A stretch of DNA of 39,856 bases from a virus (IMGVR_UViG_3300028594_000126:1-39856), one strand, 5' to 3'; shown: positions 1-10,876, counted from the stretch's first letter. Program-made: numbers and translations. The notes: generated by a model not told the origin, from the letters alone.

Positions 1-2
1 AA

Positions 3-1331
3 GAAGTTAACCCTCATTTTGATGATTTTCTATTTGATTGGAATCAAAAGTTTCAACTGTTGGTAGGTGGATACGGTTCATCGAAGTCCTATCACGTGGC
101 ATTGAAAATTGTCCTTAAACTATTAGAAGAAAAGCGGACGGCTCTTGTTGTTCGTGAAGTCTATGAAACTCATAAAGACAGCACATTTGCTTTATTTACC
201 GAGATTATAGATGAGCTTGGTCTATTGGATGATTCAGGCAGGAGAAGAATTGCTCGAGGGAAAATCAAAGCGAAAGAGAGTCCATATGAATTAAGGTTCT
301 CTAATGGATCTAAAATTATATTCAAGGGTATGGATAAGCCTGCCAAGTTAAAATCCATTCACAATGTGTCGTTAATTTGGCTGGAAGAGTGTTCAGAAAT
401 AAAGTATGAAGGATTTAAAGAGCTAATCGGTCGTTTGCGACACCCTACCCTAGATTTATATATGATTCTTTCAACAAACCCTGTATCTGAGGAAAACTGG
501 ACATATACGCACTTCTTTAAAGATGAACTAAACGAGACTTTCATTCTTGATGACCAAGAACTCTATGAAAAGCGAACTATTGTCGTCGGCAATACTTATT
601 ATCACCACTCTACTGCAGATGATAATTTATTCTTACCTGAAAGTTACATCGAGCAGCTGGAGGATATGAAGAATTATGACCCAGATCTTTACCGAGTTGC
701 TCGGAAAGGTCATTTTGGTGTTAGCGGAACTAGGGTATTACCGCAATTTATGGTCGAGTCTCATAGTGACGTCATGCAGGCGATTGAAAATATCAGTAAT
801 CCTATCAAGCGTGTTGGTATGGACTTCGGTTTCGTCGAATCTTATAATGCTGTTTTGCGTCTGGCTGTGGATCCTGATAAAAAGTATCTTTATATTTATT
901 GGGAATATTACAAAAACAATATGACCGATGACAAAACCGAAAAGGAATTGAAAAAGCACGGTCTGCATAAAGAAAAGATTATTTCTGATTCTGCAGAGCC
1001 CAAGACTATTCAGTTTTACAGGCAACAAGGATTCAACATGTTCGGTGCTAAAAAGTACAATGGTTCACGGCTGCAGAACACGAAAAAGGTTAAAAGGTTC
1101 AGGAAAATCATTTGCTCCGATGAGTGCAAGAACACGATAAGGGAATTAAAGACTCTCACTTACAAAAAGGACAAACAAGGAAAAACGATATATGACGAGT
1201 TCAACATTGACCCCCATACATTTGAGGCTATTTGGTATGGATTGGATGGCTATGAAGTTGCTGATCTAAAAGACGAGGCACAAAATAAAGGTCGTTCATC
1301 AGGTAAAAGACCAGCAGGAAGGAGGAGGTAA
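3..1331 (+). CDS. terL: Terminase large subunit, PBSX (XtmB-like) family, 5'-truncated by the window
   Basis: Frame is open from base 3 ([29 protein letters not shown]). Walker A GGYGSSKS, Walker B LIWLEE, nuclease-domain GMDFG motif. Confidence 0.95.
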   Translation, partial: EVNPHFDDFLFDWNQKFQLLVGGYGSSKSYHVALKIVLKLLEEKRTALVVREVYETHKDSTFALFTEIIDELGLLDDSGRRRIARGKIKAKESPYELRFSNGSKIIFKGMDKPAKLKSIHNVSLIWLEECSEIKYEGFKELIGRLRHPTLDLYMILSTNPVSEENWTYTHFFKDELNETFILDDQELYEKRTIVVGNTYYHHSTADDNLFLPESYIEQLEDMKNYDPDLYRVARKGHFGVSGTRVLPQFMVESHSDVMQAIENISNPIKRVGMDFGFVESYNAVLRLAVDPDKKYLYIYWEYYKNNMTDDKTEKELKKHGLHKEKIISDSAEPKTIQFYRQQGFNMFGAKKYNGSRLQNTKKVKRFRKIICSDECKNTIRELKTLTYKKDKQGKTIYDEFNIDPHTFEAIWYGLDGYEVADLKDEAQNKGRSSGKRPAGRRR

Positions 1332-1334
1332 TCT

Positions 1335-2867
1335 ATGGCAGAAGAAACAACCGTTAGGGCAAGGGTTATTAAAGCGTCCGATCAGTCCAAACAAATATAC
1401 AAAGATGATTTCGCTGGAGCATATGGTCAGGGGGATATAATAGCACCACCCTATAATTTAAGAGAATTAAAATTAATGGGTGATTATTCTTCCATCCTGC
1501 AGCAATGCATTGATGCGTATAAAACAAACATTGTCGAATTCGGGATTGAGCCTGAGTATAAAATAGACATCAATTCAGAGGAAATAAAAGAAGAATTAAA
1601 AAAACAAGCTCAAGAAGAATGGACTAGACTTGATGAATTTATTCGTTATTTGAATTTGGACGAATCTCCAGAAGTCGTTTTAGGGTACGTTATAGACGAT
1701 AAGGAGAAGACGGGTAACGGTTATATGGAAATTATTCGAAACGGCAAGGGCGACCCTGTTGGAATTGAATATGTGGATGCTCAATACATGAGAGTCTGTA
1801 AAAAAACCGTTCATGAAAAAGTGGAGTATACCATTTTGGAAAATGGAAAAGAAAAAAAGACTCACCGCTGGAAGCAATTTAGAAGATATGTCCAGATGGT
1901 CGACGGAAAGAAAGTATACTTCAAAGAGTATGGCGATCCTAGGACAATGAATCTAGCGACAGGAAAGTTTGACGAGAACACTCCAGAACACCTTATTGCC
2001 AATGAAATAGTTCATCTTAAAATCGGAAGCGGAACATATGGAAAGCCGAGATGGATTGGTACATTAATCAGTCTCTATGGGGCACGAAAAGCCGAGGAAT
2101 TAAACTTAATGTATTTTAGCAACGGTCGTCACATTCCAGCAGCAATCACTGTTTCTAATGGCAGGCTGGACGATAGTTCGTATGAAAAGCTTCAAGAATA
2201 CATGAATGAGCTGCAAGGAACAGATGGTGCTCACAAATTTTTGTTGCTCGAGGCGATGGGAACTGTCGAAGAAAGCACTATTCATGGTGAGGAAAAAGTT
2301 GTTCCAGCTAAGGTGGAAATAAAATCGTTAGCAGAGGTATTGCAGCAGGACGCATTGTTCCTTGAGTATGACAACAACACTAGGACAAAAATTCGTTCTG
2401 CATTCCGTTTACCGCCACTTTACACAGGAGAGGCACAGGAATTTAGTCGTGCTACGGCTGATACAGCCAGAAAAGTTACTGAGGAACAAGTATTTCAGCC
2501 TGAAAGAAAGGTATTAGCCAGAGTTTTAAACACTTTATTCCTTGAACCGCTGGGATTTAGCCACGTGAAACTAGGTGTAAAAGGCGCTGACTTCCATGAT
2601 CCAGTAGAAATTTCAAAGGTTTTAGACCCGTTTATCCAAGCGGGAGCTGTTTCTCCTAACGATTTGAGACCATTGCTTGAAAAAGTCTTAGGAACAAAAT
2701 TAGATCCGTTTCCCGACGAATACAATATTCCTTTGCAGGCGTTGCTTCGTGAAGTTGATAATCCGTTGTCAGGTTTGCTTAATGTCCAAAAATCGAGCGA
2801 TAGTCAGTCCGATCTTATTAACTTACTAAAAGATATGCGAGATGTTCTCGAGGGGCTGCAGTCATGA
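1335..2867 (+). CDS. Portal protein, PBSX (XkdE-like) family
   Basis: 510 aa directly after terL; YFSNGRHIP and IRSAFRLPPLYTG portal-like motifs; SD GGAGGAGG. Confidence 0.92.
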   Translation: MAEETTVRARVIKASDQSKQIYKDDFAGAYGQGDIIAPPYNLRELKLMGDYSSILQQCIDAYKTNIVEFGIEPEYKIDINSEEIKEELKKQAQEEWTRLDEFIRYLNLDESPEVVLGYVIDDKEKTGNGYMEIIRNGKGDPVGIEYVDAQYMRVCKKTVHEKVEYTILENGKEKKTHRWKQFRRYVQMVDGKKVYFKEYGDPRTMNLATGKFDENTPEHLIANEIVHLKIGSGTYGKPRWIGTLISLYGARKAEELNLMYFSNGRHIPAAITVSNGRLDDSSYEKLQEYMNELQGTDGAHKFLLLEAMGTVEESTIHGEEKVVPAKVEIKSLAEVLQQDALFLEYDNNTRTKIRSAFRLPPLYTGEAQEFSRATADTARKVTEEQVFQPERKVLARVLNTLFLEPLGFSHVKLGVKGADFHDPVEISKVLDPFIQAGAVSPNDLRPLLEKVLGTKLDPFPDEYNIPLQALLREVDNPLSGLLNVQKSSDSQSDLINLLKDMRDVLEGLQS

Positions 2868-3769
2868 AAAAAATAAATAAACTATTAAAAAGCCTGAATG
2901 ATTTCATAGAAAAAGCGACAAATGATGATGATTTAGAAAACGTATCAGACTTTCCAGGGCTAGAAAAAATACCAGAGCTCGTAGAAGAGTACGAGAAAGT
3001 GGTCGCTAAATTGCTCAGGGAACAGCGTAAACGATTTTTAGATGCATTCAATACATTTATATCTAAAAATGATTCAATCACCATAGAGGCGTTTCTTTTG
3101 TATTTAAAGACTGACTTATTTGCCGCAGATGAGTTTGCGGACGAATTCGGGGAAGAAACAGCAAAGTTTTTAGAGTTGACCATCGAAGAGTTAGCAAATA
3201 TCATGATGGAATCCATTGACCCAGACATAATGCTGGAAGCCTTATCCGACCGTACTACTAACTGGATTAGAAGTTGGTCGAGTGATTTGGGCGAAATCAT
3301 GCAATTAAACACACATGAAGCACTTGAAAGGGAATTACTTGACGCCATAACAAACGGCGATTCCATTGCAGATGCCGAGCTAAAAATAAAAGAATTATCT
3401 CAGTTTGACAGAAAGAGAGCCAGAACTACTGCAAGGACTGAGATATTGACTGCATCGAGTCGGGCTCATTATGAATCTTTTCTTCAAAGTCCATCCGTAG
3501 TGGGAAAAACGTGGAAGCATAGCGGGAACAAGAAGATAACAGCAAGAGAAACGCACATGGCTATGGACGGGGTCACCATTCCTGTGGATGATTATTTTTT
3601 AGTAGACGGTGAAGAGGGTTTGTATCCTCGGGATCCTTCGTTTAGTGCAAAAAATAGAGTGAACTGCGGTTGTGTGTTAGGCCCAGATGTTGATGAGGGC
3701 ATTTTAAGAATGAGCAAGGAAGAGAAAGAAGCCATCAGGCAAGAAGTTTTAGATGAATTATCCGACTAG
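2864..3769 (+). CDS. Minor head morphogenesis protein (SPP1 gp7/MuF-like)
   Basis: RARTTARTE, ARETH and NCGC motifs; follows portal with an ATGA overlap. Confidence 0.85.
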   Translation: MKKINKLLKSLNDFIEKATNDDDLENVSDFPGLEKIPELVEEYEKVVAKLLREQRKRFLDAFNTFISKNDSITIEAFLLYLKTDLFAADEFADEFGEETAKFLELTIEELANIMMESIDPDIMLEALSDRTTNWIRSWSSDLGEIMQLNTHEALERELLDAITNGDSIADAELKIKELSQFDRKRARTTARTEILTASSRAHYESFLQSPSVVGKTWKHSGNKKITARETHMAMDGVTIPVDDYFLVDGEEGLYPRDPSFSAKNRVNCGCVLGPDVDEGILRMSKEEKEAIRQEVLDELSD

Positions 3770-3780
3770 GAGGTGTTAAA

Positions 3781-4008
3781 GTGGCGGGTTTAAAACAGAG
3801 ATTTCAAGAAGAGTTACTTGAATTAGAGCACATGCCGAGTCCGAATGTCGTGGTTACCGCAGTCCGTTTACCAACTGGAGCGGTTGAAGTGATTACCAAT
3901 CATCAAGAGTTAAAAGATAAATTGAAATACCTGAACGAGGCGTATGATGACGAATTTAAACTAAAAAGAAACAGCGATGTCCAGATTGTTGGTTATATAA
4001 TCGCTTGA
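3781..4008 (+). CDS. Hypothetical phage protein
   Basis: 75-aa ORF with SD AGGAGGT, filling the gap in the head operon. Confidence 0.7.
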   Translation: MAGLKQRFQEELLELEHMPSPNVVVTAVRLPTGAVEVITNHQELKDKLKYLNEAYDDEFKLKRNSDVQIVGYIIA

Positions 4009-4024
4009 AGGGAGGTGATATTAA

Positions 4025-5131
4025 ATGGCTAGAGAGCTAATCAACGCCAACATTACTCACGTTTCATATGTGGATAAAGGAGCTAATCAGAAGCAGTTCT
4101 TTTTCACGAAATCGGAAAAACAGCCCGACTTCAAGAAAGAAGTAAAGGTGTTCATTAACAAAGAGGATGAAGAGCAGCAGCTTGTTTATGGAGTTGTCTA
4201 TGAGCCCGATGTTGAGGACGCTCACGGAGACGTTATGAGCGCTGCTGAAATAGAAAAAGCAGCTCACGGTTTTGTTAAGGATGCCCGAAACATCGACAAG
4301 CAGCACGATTTCGAAAGTGGCGTAGGTGAGGTAGTGGAGTCATATATCGCTCCTGCAGATTTTGAGATTGGCGAACATGAAATTGTTAAGGGTTCATGGG
4401 TTCTTGTCACCAAAGCAAGCGATGAGGTTTGGGAAGATATCAAAAAAGGCGAAATAACTGGTTACAGCATGGCTGGAACTGCAGAAATAATTGAAAAAGA
4501 ACAAGATGAAAAGCCTGTTTCTAAGTCGGAAGGTGACGATGAAATGAAAGGCTTTTTTAATTTGATGAAAAGGTTCTTTACTGGCGAAAAGATAGAGAAA
4601 GGCGAGCTCAGAGACAATTACGAACGCAATCAAAAGCGTCGCAATTTATGGGCTGCATGGGATGGGTTAGATGATATATATTACAACTCATTATGGGACA
4701 ATATGACGCCAGACGTTACCGATTTCGAACGATTGAAAGAGGGAGTCCAAGAGTTCTTGGAAATTCTTCAAGAAATCGAGGATAACGGCGACATTCAGAA
4801 AGCTCTGGATAGTAAGCCTATCAGTAAAAATAAAGGAGATGAAGAAATGAAAAAAGAGGATATCGAAAAGCTACTCGATGAAAAGCTAGATCCAATAAAC
4901 AAACGTTTAGATGAATTTGAAAAAGAGGAAAACGGCGAGGGTGAAGTCGAGTCTGAAACAGGCGACATCATGAAACAGTTTGCCGAAGCTCTCGATGAGA
5001 AACTAGACCCTATCAACAGCCGTCTTGACAACATCGAGAAAGCAAGAGGTATTTCCAAGCAAGCTGATAACGATGATGTCAACGACAAAGGAAAAGACAT
5101 TGAGAAAGGTTATATGCGCCATTTTAGCTAA
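4025..5131 (+). CDS. Prohead protease/scaffold (XkdF-like)
   Basis: VYGVVYEPD..DAHGD, IDKQH and GEITGYSMAG motifs; acidic helical C-terminal half; precedes the capsid gene. Confidence 0.88.
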   Translation: MARELINANITHVSYVDKGANQKQFFFTKSEKQPDFKKEVKVFINKEDEEQQLVYGVVYEPDVEDAHGDVMSAAEIEKAAHGFVKDARNIDKQHDFESGVGEVVESYIAPADFEIGEHEIVKGSWVLVTKASDEVWEDIKKGEITGYSMAGTAEIIEKEQDEKPVSKSEGDDEMKGFFNLMKRFFTGEKIEKGELRDNYERNQKRRNLWAAWDGLDDIYYNSLWDNMTPDVTDFERLKEGVQEFLEILQEIEDNGDIQKALDSKPISKNKGDEEMKKEDIEKLLDEKLDPINKRLDEFEKEENGEGEVESETGDIMKQFAEALDEKLDPINSRLDNIEKARGISKQADNDDVNDKGKDIEKGYMRHFS

Positions 5132-5162
5132 TGGCAAATAAAAAAGAGGAGGAAAAATAGTA

Positions 5163-6107
5163 ATGAAAACTAACCAAGAAATCATTAACAAAGAAACAGC
5201 CATTGCTTCAATTAAGAAAAACATTGACATTCCAATGGCTGTAAAAGATGCAGAGGCTTTCTTAGTAGATACGATTAACAATGCCAAAACGTTAAATAGC
5301 TTAGTTCCTATCTACCGTGATGTGGCTGCAGGTAACATTGACGCACTAAGTGTAGGTCGCCGTCGTTTACGTCAAGCTGGAAAGAATGATGAACCAACTG
5401 GAACAGGCTCAATTGGAAATAGAAAAATTCCATATGCTGTTCGTAAAGTGAAGTGGGACGAGTGGTTACAAAATGATGACGTGTTTTATTCGCAAGCCGC
5501 ACGTGGTGACAACGCAGAGCAAAAAGTAATTGATATGATCCAAAGACAGTTCGCTGTTGATTTGCAAGACTTAATCTTTAACGGTGATGTTGACGCAACA
5601 TTGGAAGACGGAGAAACTCCAGACGAGTTCCTTAACATTCTTGATGGATTCATCAAGAAAATGAAGCAGTCACCTAACAAAACGGATTTAGCAGCGGCTG
5701 ATCTAACTATCTTGGACTTTGTGAACCATATCCAGGTACTTCCAGAGCGTTTCAAAAGCCACACGGATATCACTTGGTTCATTACTCAGGCAACCAATGA
5801 CAAGTTGGTAGCATTAGTTTCAGAACGTCAAACTGGATTCGGTGATGCGGTACTTCAAGATGGAAAAATCACTCGTTTGGCTGGTTACCCTGTTGAAGTA
5901 GTGGCGGAAATGCAAAGTGGATTCGCTGCATTAACACCTAAGTCCAACTTGAAACCAGTATTCACTCGTCAGTTACGTTACATTCGTACTGCTGACGGTG
6001 CGACTGCTGCGGCAAAAGACGCAACTTATCATGTTCTTTATGCTTACCTAGACGCAATTGTTCGTGAAGTCGATGCCGTTGCATGGATGACTGGAGATAA
6101 ACTATAA
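5163..6107 (+). CDS. Major capsid protein
   Basis: 314 aa after the protease; DLQDLIFNGD and DGFIK motifs like XkdG-type capsids; strong SD. Confidence 0.88.
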   Translation: MKTNQEIINKETAIASIKKNIDIPMAVKDAEAFLVDTINNAKTLNSLVPIYRDVAAGNIDALSVGRRRLRQAGKNDEPTGTGSIGNRKIPYAVRKVKWDEWLQNDDVFYSQAARGDNAEQKVIDMIQRQFAVDLQDLIFNGDVDATLEDGETPDEFLNILDGFIKKMKQSPNKTDLAAADLTILDFVNHIQVLPERFKSHTDITWFITQATNDKLVALVSERQTGFGDAVLQDGKITRLAGYPVEVVAEMQSGFAALTPKSNLKPVFTRQLRYIRTADGATAAAKDATYHVLYAYLDAIVREVDAVAWMTGDKL

Positions 6108-6134
6108 ACATTTACTAGAAAGGAGGCGCTTTTC

Positions 6135-6497
6135 ATGGCCAAAGTTCAATATAAAAGCAAAAAAGGCGTTTTCCACATTGGTGGCGGACGCTTTTTTCAT
6201 GCTCAAAAACCAGTAGAAGTTTCCGAGGAGGAAAGTGAGCAACTCTTAAAAACTTACTCTGATCTCGAATTGGTTACTGATCCCAATGAAAAACAAGAAG
6301 GCTCAAACGCAAATGGTCAGGATGACGCAGGCGAGAAAGAAAAGCATACGAAATCGTCCATCAAGAAGTTAAATGCTGATGAACAGCGTGAGCTTATCGT
6401 CGACTTGGGCGGTAATCCAGAAGAAACAAGTAACGAAGATGAGCGCATTGCTCTAATCTTACAATTGCAGGAAGAAAAACAAGAAGAGAGCGAGTGA
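6135..6497 (+). CDS. YqbF-like head accessory protein with a small C-terminal helical domain
   Basis: Position after capsid; C-terminal KKLNADEQRELI...NEDERIALIL helix-extension-helix-like motif. Confidence 0.6.
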   Translation: MAKVQYKSKKGVFHIGGGRFFHAQKPVEVSEEESEQLLKTYSDLELVTDPNEKQEGSNANGQDDAGEKEKHTKSSIKKLNADEQRELIVDLGGNPEETSNEDERIALILQLQEEKQEESE

Positions 6498-6502
6498 TAG
6501 CG

Positions 6503-6883
6503 ATGCCTATTACTCCCTCTGATTTGAAAAGTTATTCTGTTTTTGAAGATGTGCTCGAGAGAGATGATGATCATCTAAAAATGGATATCTTAGAAGCGGT
6601 CACTTATGTTGAAAGCAAGCTGGAAAAACCATTCGAAGAGTACAAGCCATTGCCTGATAAGCTAAAACTGGCTCTATTGAAGGTAGCTCAGTTTTTTGCA
6701 TTGGTTAACAGCGATGAGTCAATGGCTAAAGGATACAAGTCTGAAAAGATAGGTGATTATTCTTACACATTGCAAGACGGCTCGAAGTTGACCATTCCTG
6801 ACATATCCGACTTAATAAGTGAATTCGTCAAAAAGGAAGAGTCGTCTAACGGCAATGTTTTTCTAAGGATGAGGGCATTATGA
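6503..6883 (+). CDS. Head-tail adaptor (YqbG-like)
   Basis: YKSEKIGDYSYT motif; ATG 6503 preferred over GTG 6494 on SD spacing. Confidence 0.8.
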   Translation: MPITPSDLKSYSVFEDVLERDDDHLKMDILEAVTYVESKLEKPFEEYKPLPDKLKLALLKVAQFFALVNSDESMAKGYKSEKIGDYSYTLQDGSKLTIPDISDLISEFVKKEESSNGNVFLRMRAL

Positions 6884-7236
6884 GCTATCGAAAACTACTA
6901 ACCGATAGATGTGATATCTATCGGATGAAAACAAAAGATTCCACAAGACCAACTTATGGAATCGATGCGAAAGATTTGCAAAAAGAGCGCTACTATTCAG
7001 ACGAACCAGATTACGAAAACGTTAGAAGTTACTTTGTTGAAAACAATCAAACTGTTGTCCAAGCAGAGCCTAACCAAGTCATCACAGAGGTGTATGATGT
7101 CCATTTTCTAAAATCCACCGACATTCAATTGGGTGATAAGGTCGTTTGGGACGGAATTGCTTATACGGCTCGAAAACCACGACTGGTAAAGAATCACCAT
7201 ATTGAGGTAGTCGTGTATAGGAGTGAAAACACTTGA
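6880..7236 (+). CDS. Head closure protein (XkdH/YqbH-like)
   Basis: LLTDRCDIY N-terminus; synteny. Confidence 0.75.
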   Translation: MSYRKLLTDRCDIYRMKTKDSTRPTYGIDAKDLQKERYYSDEPDYENVRSYFVENNQTVVQAEPNQVITEVYDVHFLKSTDIQLGDKVVWDGIAYTARKPRLVKNHHIEVVVYRSENT

Positions 7237-7739
7237 AGTTTGACATTGATGGTCTAGACGAATTTATAACAGCGATTGATAAGGCTGCAGATGGCGATTT
7301 GGAAAACGAACTAAAGGCATGGCTGGAAGCAATGGGCATGGAATTTCTCGATCTCATTCAAGACGAAATAATTAGAACAGGAACTGTAGACACCAGACGT
7401 TTACTGAACTCTTTTGAAAAAGGGGACAGAGAAAACTACTGGAGCGCGTCAGACGGCGGACTTACACTTGATGTGGGGACGAACGTTCATTATGCATCCT
7501 ATGTCAATGACGGTCACTTTACTATTGACCCAAGCAAAGGCAAGGACAGGCGGTGGGTTCCAGGTTATTGGTCTGGTGACAGATTCAGATATGACCCAGG
7601 AGCTGACACAGGCATGCTTTTAAAGTTCACTTGGGTTGATGGAACTGGATATTGGGATAGTGCTCTCGCCATATTCGATCGTATTTTCGAAAAAGGTCTA
7701 GAACGACTATTGCAGGAGTGGATTGACGACACGTTTTAA
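7233..7739 (+). CDS. HK97 gp10-like neck/tail protein (XkdI-like)
   Basis: VDTRRLLNSF and VGTNVHYASYVNDGH motifs. Confidence 0.82.
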   Translation: MKFDIDGLDEFITAIDKAADGDLENELKAWLEAMGMEFLDLIQDEIIRTGTVDTRRLLNSFEKGDRENYWSASDGGLTLDVGTNVHYASYVNDGHFTIDPSKGKDRRWVPGYWSGDRFRYDPGADTGMLLKFTWVDGTGYWDSALAIFDRIFEKGLERLLQEWIDDTF

Positions 7740-7753
7740 GAGGAGGTGATTGA

Positions 7754-8194
7754 TTGAATCCAGAAATCGGGGCAATAATGAGTTATTTTTATAAATTGTT
7801 CCCTGTTAAGGTGTATGAAAAAGAAGTTCCCAAGGATTTTAAAGTACCTTCATTGTACTTCCCTGCACCGATAACATTTGACGAAAACGATACCAACATG
7901 ACGTTTATTAAAGTTTACAGCTTGTCGGTCAAGTTGTTTCATGAGGATTCAACTATCGCCAATGAAAAAGCAGAACTAATTGCAGATGCCATCAGGTCAA
8001 ACAGGAATATAATCCCCTTGGTAGATCCAGAAGGCGAGCCAACAGGCGATTATATCCGCATGACGAGAATTGAAACAAGAATTGGCGATAGTGGAGTAGC
8101 TACGATTGTGCTCCAATGGGAAAGTAGTTATCACTACAGTCGTCAAGAGTGGCCAGTAGCTAACAGCATTGAACTAAATAGTGAGGTGAAATAA
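7754..8194 (+). CDS. Tail terminator (XkdJ-like)
   Basis: VPKDFKVPSLYFP motif; lies before the sheath gene. Confidence 0.72.
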   Translation: MNPEIGAIMSYFYKLFPVKVYEKEVPKDFKVPSLYFPAPITFDENDTNMTFIKVYSLSVKLFHEDSTIANEKAELIADAIRSNRNIIPLVDPEGEPTGDYIRMTRIETRIGDSGVATIVLQWESSYHYSRQEWPVANSIELNSEVK

Positions 8195-8419
8195 ATGAGC
8201 AACAAAAGCAAGCAATCAGAAAAGCCTACACCTGCCAAGACAAAGGTGGAGGAAAAGAAGTTTTATATACACGTTTTAAGAGAGCATAGTCAAGAATTAT
8301 TTGGGGTAAAACCCGAAGTTCTAGACGGTGCTTTTTTTAATGTGAAGGAAACGCAGCTTACAAAAGCGGATGCGGAAAAGCGTATCAAAACATTTTTAAA
8401 TAAGGAGGTTAAACAATGA
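8195..8419 (+). CDS. Small phage protein preceding the sheath gene
   Basis: 74 aa, SD GAGGTGA, overlaps the sheath start; same position as in PBSX-like phages. Confidence 0.65.
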   Translation: MSNKSKQSEKPTPAKTKVEEKKFYIHVLREHSQELFGVKPEVLDGAFFNVKETQLTKADAEKRIKTFLNKEVKQ

Positions 8420-9744
8420 AAGGCGGAACATTTACTCCAGGTCAAGAAAAAGTGAGACCAGGTATTTATTTCAATTTCACAGAACGTGCCAATGATCGTA
8501 TCACAACTGGCGACCGTGGTAGAGCTGCAATCCCTTTGGCTTTGCCGTGGGGAGAATCAGGCAAGATAGTTGAAATCGCCAGAGAGTCAGACGCTCTCGA
8601 AAAGTTGGGATTAGACATATCAGACCCTTCACTGTACCTGCTAAGGGAGATTAGAAAGCATGCCAGCGAGGTGCTTGTTTATCGGGTTAATGAGGGGGAG
8701 AAAGCGCAAGCGGATCTAGGTGATGGATTAACAGCTACAGCACGTTATGGCGGTTCAAAGGGGAATGAAATCACGATACAAATTGCCACTAATGTTATCG
8801 ATGAAACGGCTAAGGATGTTACAACATTCTTCGAAAATAGAGAAATCGACACACAGACCGTCAAGACTGCAGATGAACTGAACGACAACAGCTACGTGAC
8901 TTTCACGGGTACTGGTGTTTTAACTGATACTGCAGCAACATCTTTAACAGGAGGTAGTGATTCAGCTCCAGTCACGGGTGCTTACACCGAATTTTTCTCT
9001 GCGCTGGAAACAGAGTCATTCGATGTAGCTGCTTTACCAGTTACTGAAGAAGAATTGAAGGTGACGTTCTCTTCATTCATAAGAAGATTGCGTGAGGATC
9101 AAGGGATTAAAGTTCAAGGTGTAATCTCTGGTCATGCTGCAAACTATGAAGGAATTATTAATGTTACGAATGGTGTTGTTTTAGAAGGCGGGAGAACTTT
9201 AACACCTAACGAGGCAGTCGCTTGGGTGGCTGGTGCAACCGCTGGAGCTTCATTGAGGCAATCACTCACATTTATGGAATACGAAGGTGCTATCGACGTT
9301 GAGCCTCGATTTGACCATGACGAAACTGTAGAGCGATTAAATAAAGGTGAATTCTTATTCACGTTTGACGCTCGAGACAAAACTGTGACTGTGGAAAAAG
9401 ACCAGAACTCTCTTGCTTCAAACGCTAAGTTCTCGCAGAACAAAATCATCCGCATTATTGATGCATTTCACAATGATGTTTTCCGTAGCTTCAAAGATAT
9501 TATTCGTAATCGTAAGCGGACAGGTGAGGACATTCCTGTTTCTCCAGACGGTGTATCGATTGTTCAAACTGCGGTAGCGCTATACCTGAATGTACTTCAA
9601 GATGATGGAGTTGTTATGAATTTCGACCCACAAGAAGACATCCAGATTGAAATTACTGCAGCTGGTGACGGTTTTGTTGTTAATGTCGGTATTCAGCCTG
9701 TTGGATCCGCAGAGAAATTCTACTTTGCAGTGGAGGTGAGATAA
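8416..9744 (+). CDS. xkdK: Contractile tail sheath
   Basis: MKGGTF..GQEKVRPGIYFNF N-terminus, WVAGATAGA, KNKIIR-like QNKIIRIID motif. Confidence 0.93.
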   Translation: MKGGTFTPGQEKVRPGIYFNFTERANDRITTGDRGRAAIPLALPWGESGKIVEIARESDALEKLGLDISDPSLYLLREIRKHASEVLVYRVNEGEKAQADLGDGLTATARYGGSKGNEITIQIATNVIDETAKDVTTFFENREIDTQTVKTADELNDNSYVTFTGTGVLTDTAATSLTGGSDSAPVTGAYTEFFSALETESFDVAALPVTEEELKVTFSSFIRRLREDQGIKVQGVISGHAANYEGIINVTNGVVLEGGRTLTPNEAVAWVAGATAGASLRQSLTFMEYEGAIDVEPRFDHDETVERLNKGEFLFTFDARDKTVTVEKDQNSLASNAKFSQNKIIRIIDAFHNDVFRSFKDIIRNRKRTGEDIPVSPDGVSIVQTAVALYLNVLQDDGVVMNFDPQEDIQIEITAAGDGFVVNVGIQPVGSAEKFYFAVEVR

Positions 9745-9747
9745 GAC

Positions 9748-10194
9748 ATGGCATTTCGAGCAAGAGATACCATTAACGGTAAAGAAGGACGCTTGTTTCT
9801 CGATGGTGAGGAATTAGCGTATATCAAAACTTATGAAGCTACAGTCGAAAAAGCAAAAGAGGAAACGCCTATCATGGGTCGTAGAATGATGGGTCATAAA
9901 ACTTCAGGGGCAAGCGGAACTGGAACGGCGACATTTTATAAAGTGACGTCACGATTCATTGAAATTATGGCTGAATACGTCAAATCTGGACGTGATCCGT
10001 ACTTTACAATGCAATCGGTTCTTGACGACCCTACCGCAAATCGTGGTACGGAGCGAGTCACCCTTTATGATGTGAACTTCGACAGCGTTCAGATTGCAAA
10101 TCTAGATGTTGAAGCTGCGTCATTGGAAGAGGAAGTTCCATTCACTTTCGAGGACTTCGACTTGCCAGAAGCATTAAGAGATACATTCGATTGA
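9748..10194 (+). CDS. xkdM: Tail tube protein
   Basis: TINGKEGRLF, GTGTATFYKVTS and EEEVPFTFEDFD motifs. Confidence 0.93.
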   Translation: MAFRARDTINGKEGRLFLDGEELAYIKTYEATVEKAKEETPIMGRRMMGHKTSGASGTGTATFYKVTSRFIEIMAEYVKSGRDPYFTMQSVLDDPTANRGTERVTLYDVNFDSVQIANLDVEAASLEEEVPFTFEDFDLPEALRDTFD

Positions 10195-10195
10195 T

Positions 10196-10221
10196 AAGGG
10201 CGATTAATTTCGCTCTTTTTT
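10196..10221 (+). terminator. Intrinsic terminator after the tail tube gene
   Basis: AAGGGCGA-TTAATT-TCGCTCTT hairpin followed by a T run. Confidence 0.7.
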
Positions 10222-10253
10222 CTTATTTTAATATCACTTAGGAGGTTTTATAT

Positions 10254-10697
10254 ATGTCAAACAATGAACAACCAATGGATTTATCCTTTTTTATGCCAGG
10301 CAAAGCAGAGGATGCGGAGGAAATCAAAGCTCCCATATCGAGACGGTTTAAGGACGGTAAAGGGAACGTCATCCCATTTGTTTTTAAACCAATCACAACC
10401 GATCGTGTTGATGAATTGGAAAAAACGAGCTTAAAATCCGTAGTTAAAAATAATCGTGTTGTCGGTAAAGAATTGGATAACGCACGTTTCATGGCTCGAA
10501 TCGCTGTGGAATCAACTGTTTATCCAGATTTCAAAGCTGTAGAACTTAGAAAAGCATATAAAACGGAGGATCCAGTAGAAGTGGCAAAGAAAATGTTACA
10601 TGTTCCTGGAGAATATTCCAACTGGATTGCCAAGGCTGCAGAAGTGAACGGATTCGATGATGACGTTGAGGACTTGGAAGAAATAGTAAAAAACTAA
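10254..10697 (+). CDS. xkdN: Tail assembly chaperone (XkdN-like, gpG analogue)
   Basis: VYPDFK and PGEY motifs; ends at slippery heptamer A AAA AAC. Confidence 0.88.
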   Translation: MSNNEQPMDLSFFMPGKAEDAEEIKAPISRRFKDGKGNVIPFVFKPITTDRVDELEKTSLKSVVKNNRVVGKELDNARFMARIAVESTVYPDFKAVELRKAYKTEDPVEVAKKMLHVPGEYSNWIAKAAEVNGFDDDVEDLEEIVKN

Positions 10698-10876
10698 TAA
10701 GGGATGGGAATAAAGAGGCGGTTTATATGTATTATGCAATGCATGAACTCAAATATTCACCATCTCAATTATTAGAAATGTACCAAGCTGATTACAAATT
10801 CAAGTCATTCCTCTATGGATTGATATCCGTAAAACTTGAAGAGTTGGCAAAGGAAGCGAAGAAAAATAAAAAGTAA
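10694..10876 (+). CDS. -1 frame extension of the tail chaperone (gpT analogue), not in the ORF track
   Basis: 60 open codons LIRDGNKEAVYMYYAMHEL...AKKNKK* in the -1 frame from the slippery site to just before the tape measure gene. Confidence 0.82.
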   Translation, partial: LIRDGNKEAVYMYYAMHELKYSPSQLLEMYQADYKFKSFLYGLISVKLEELAKEAKKNKK

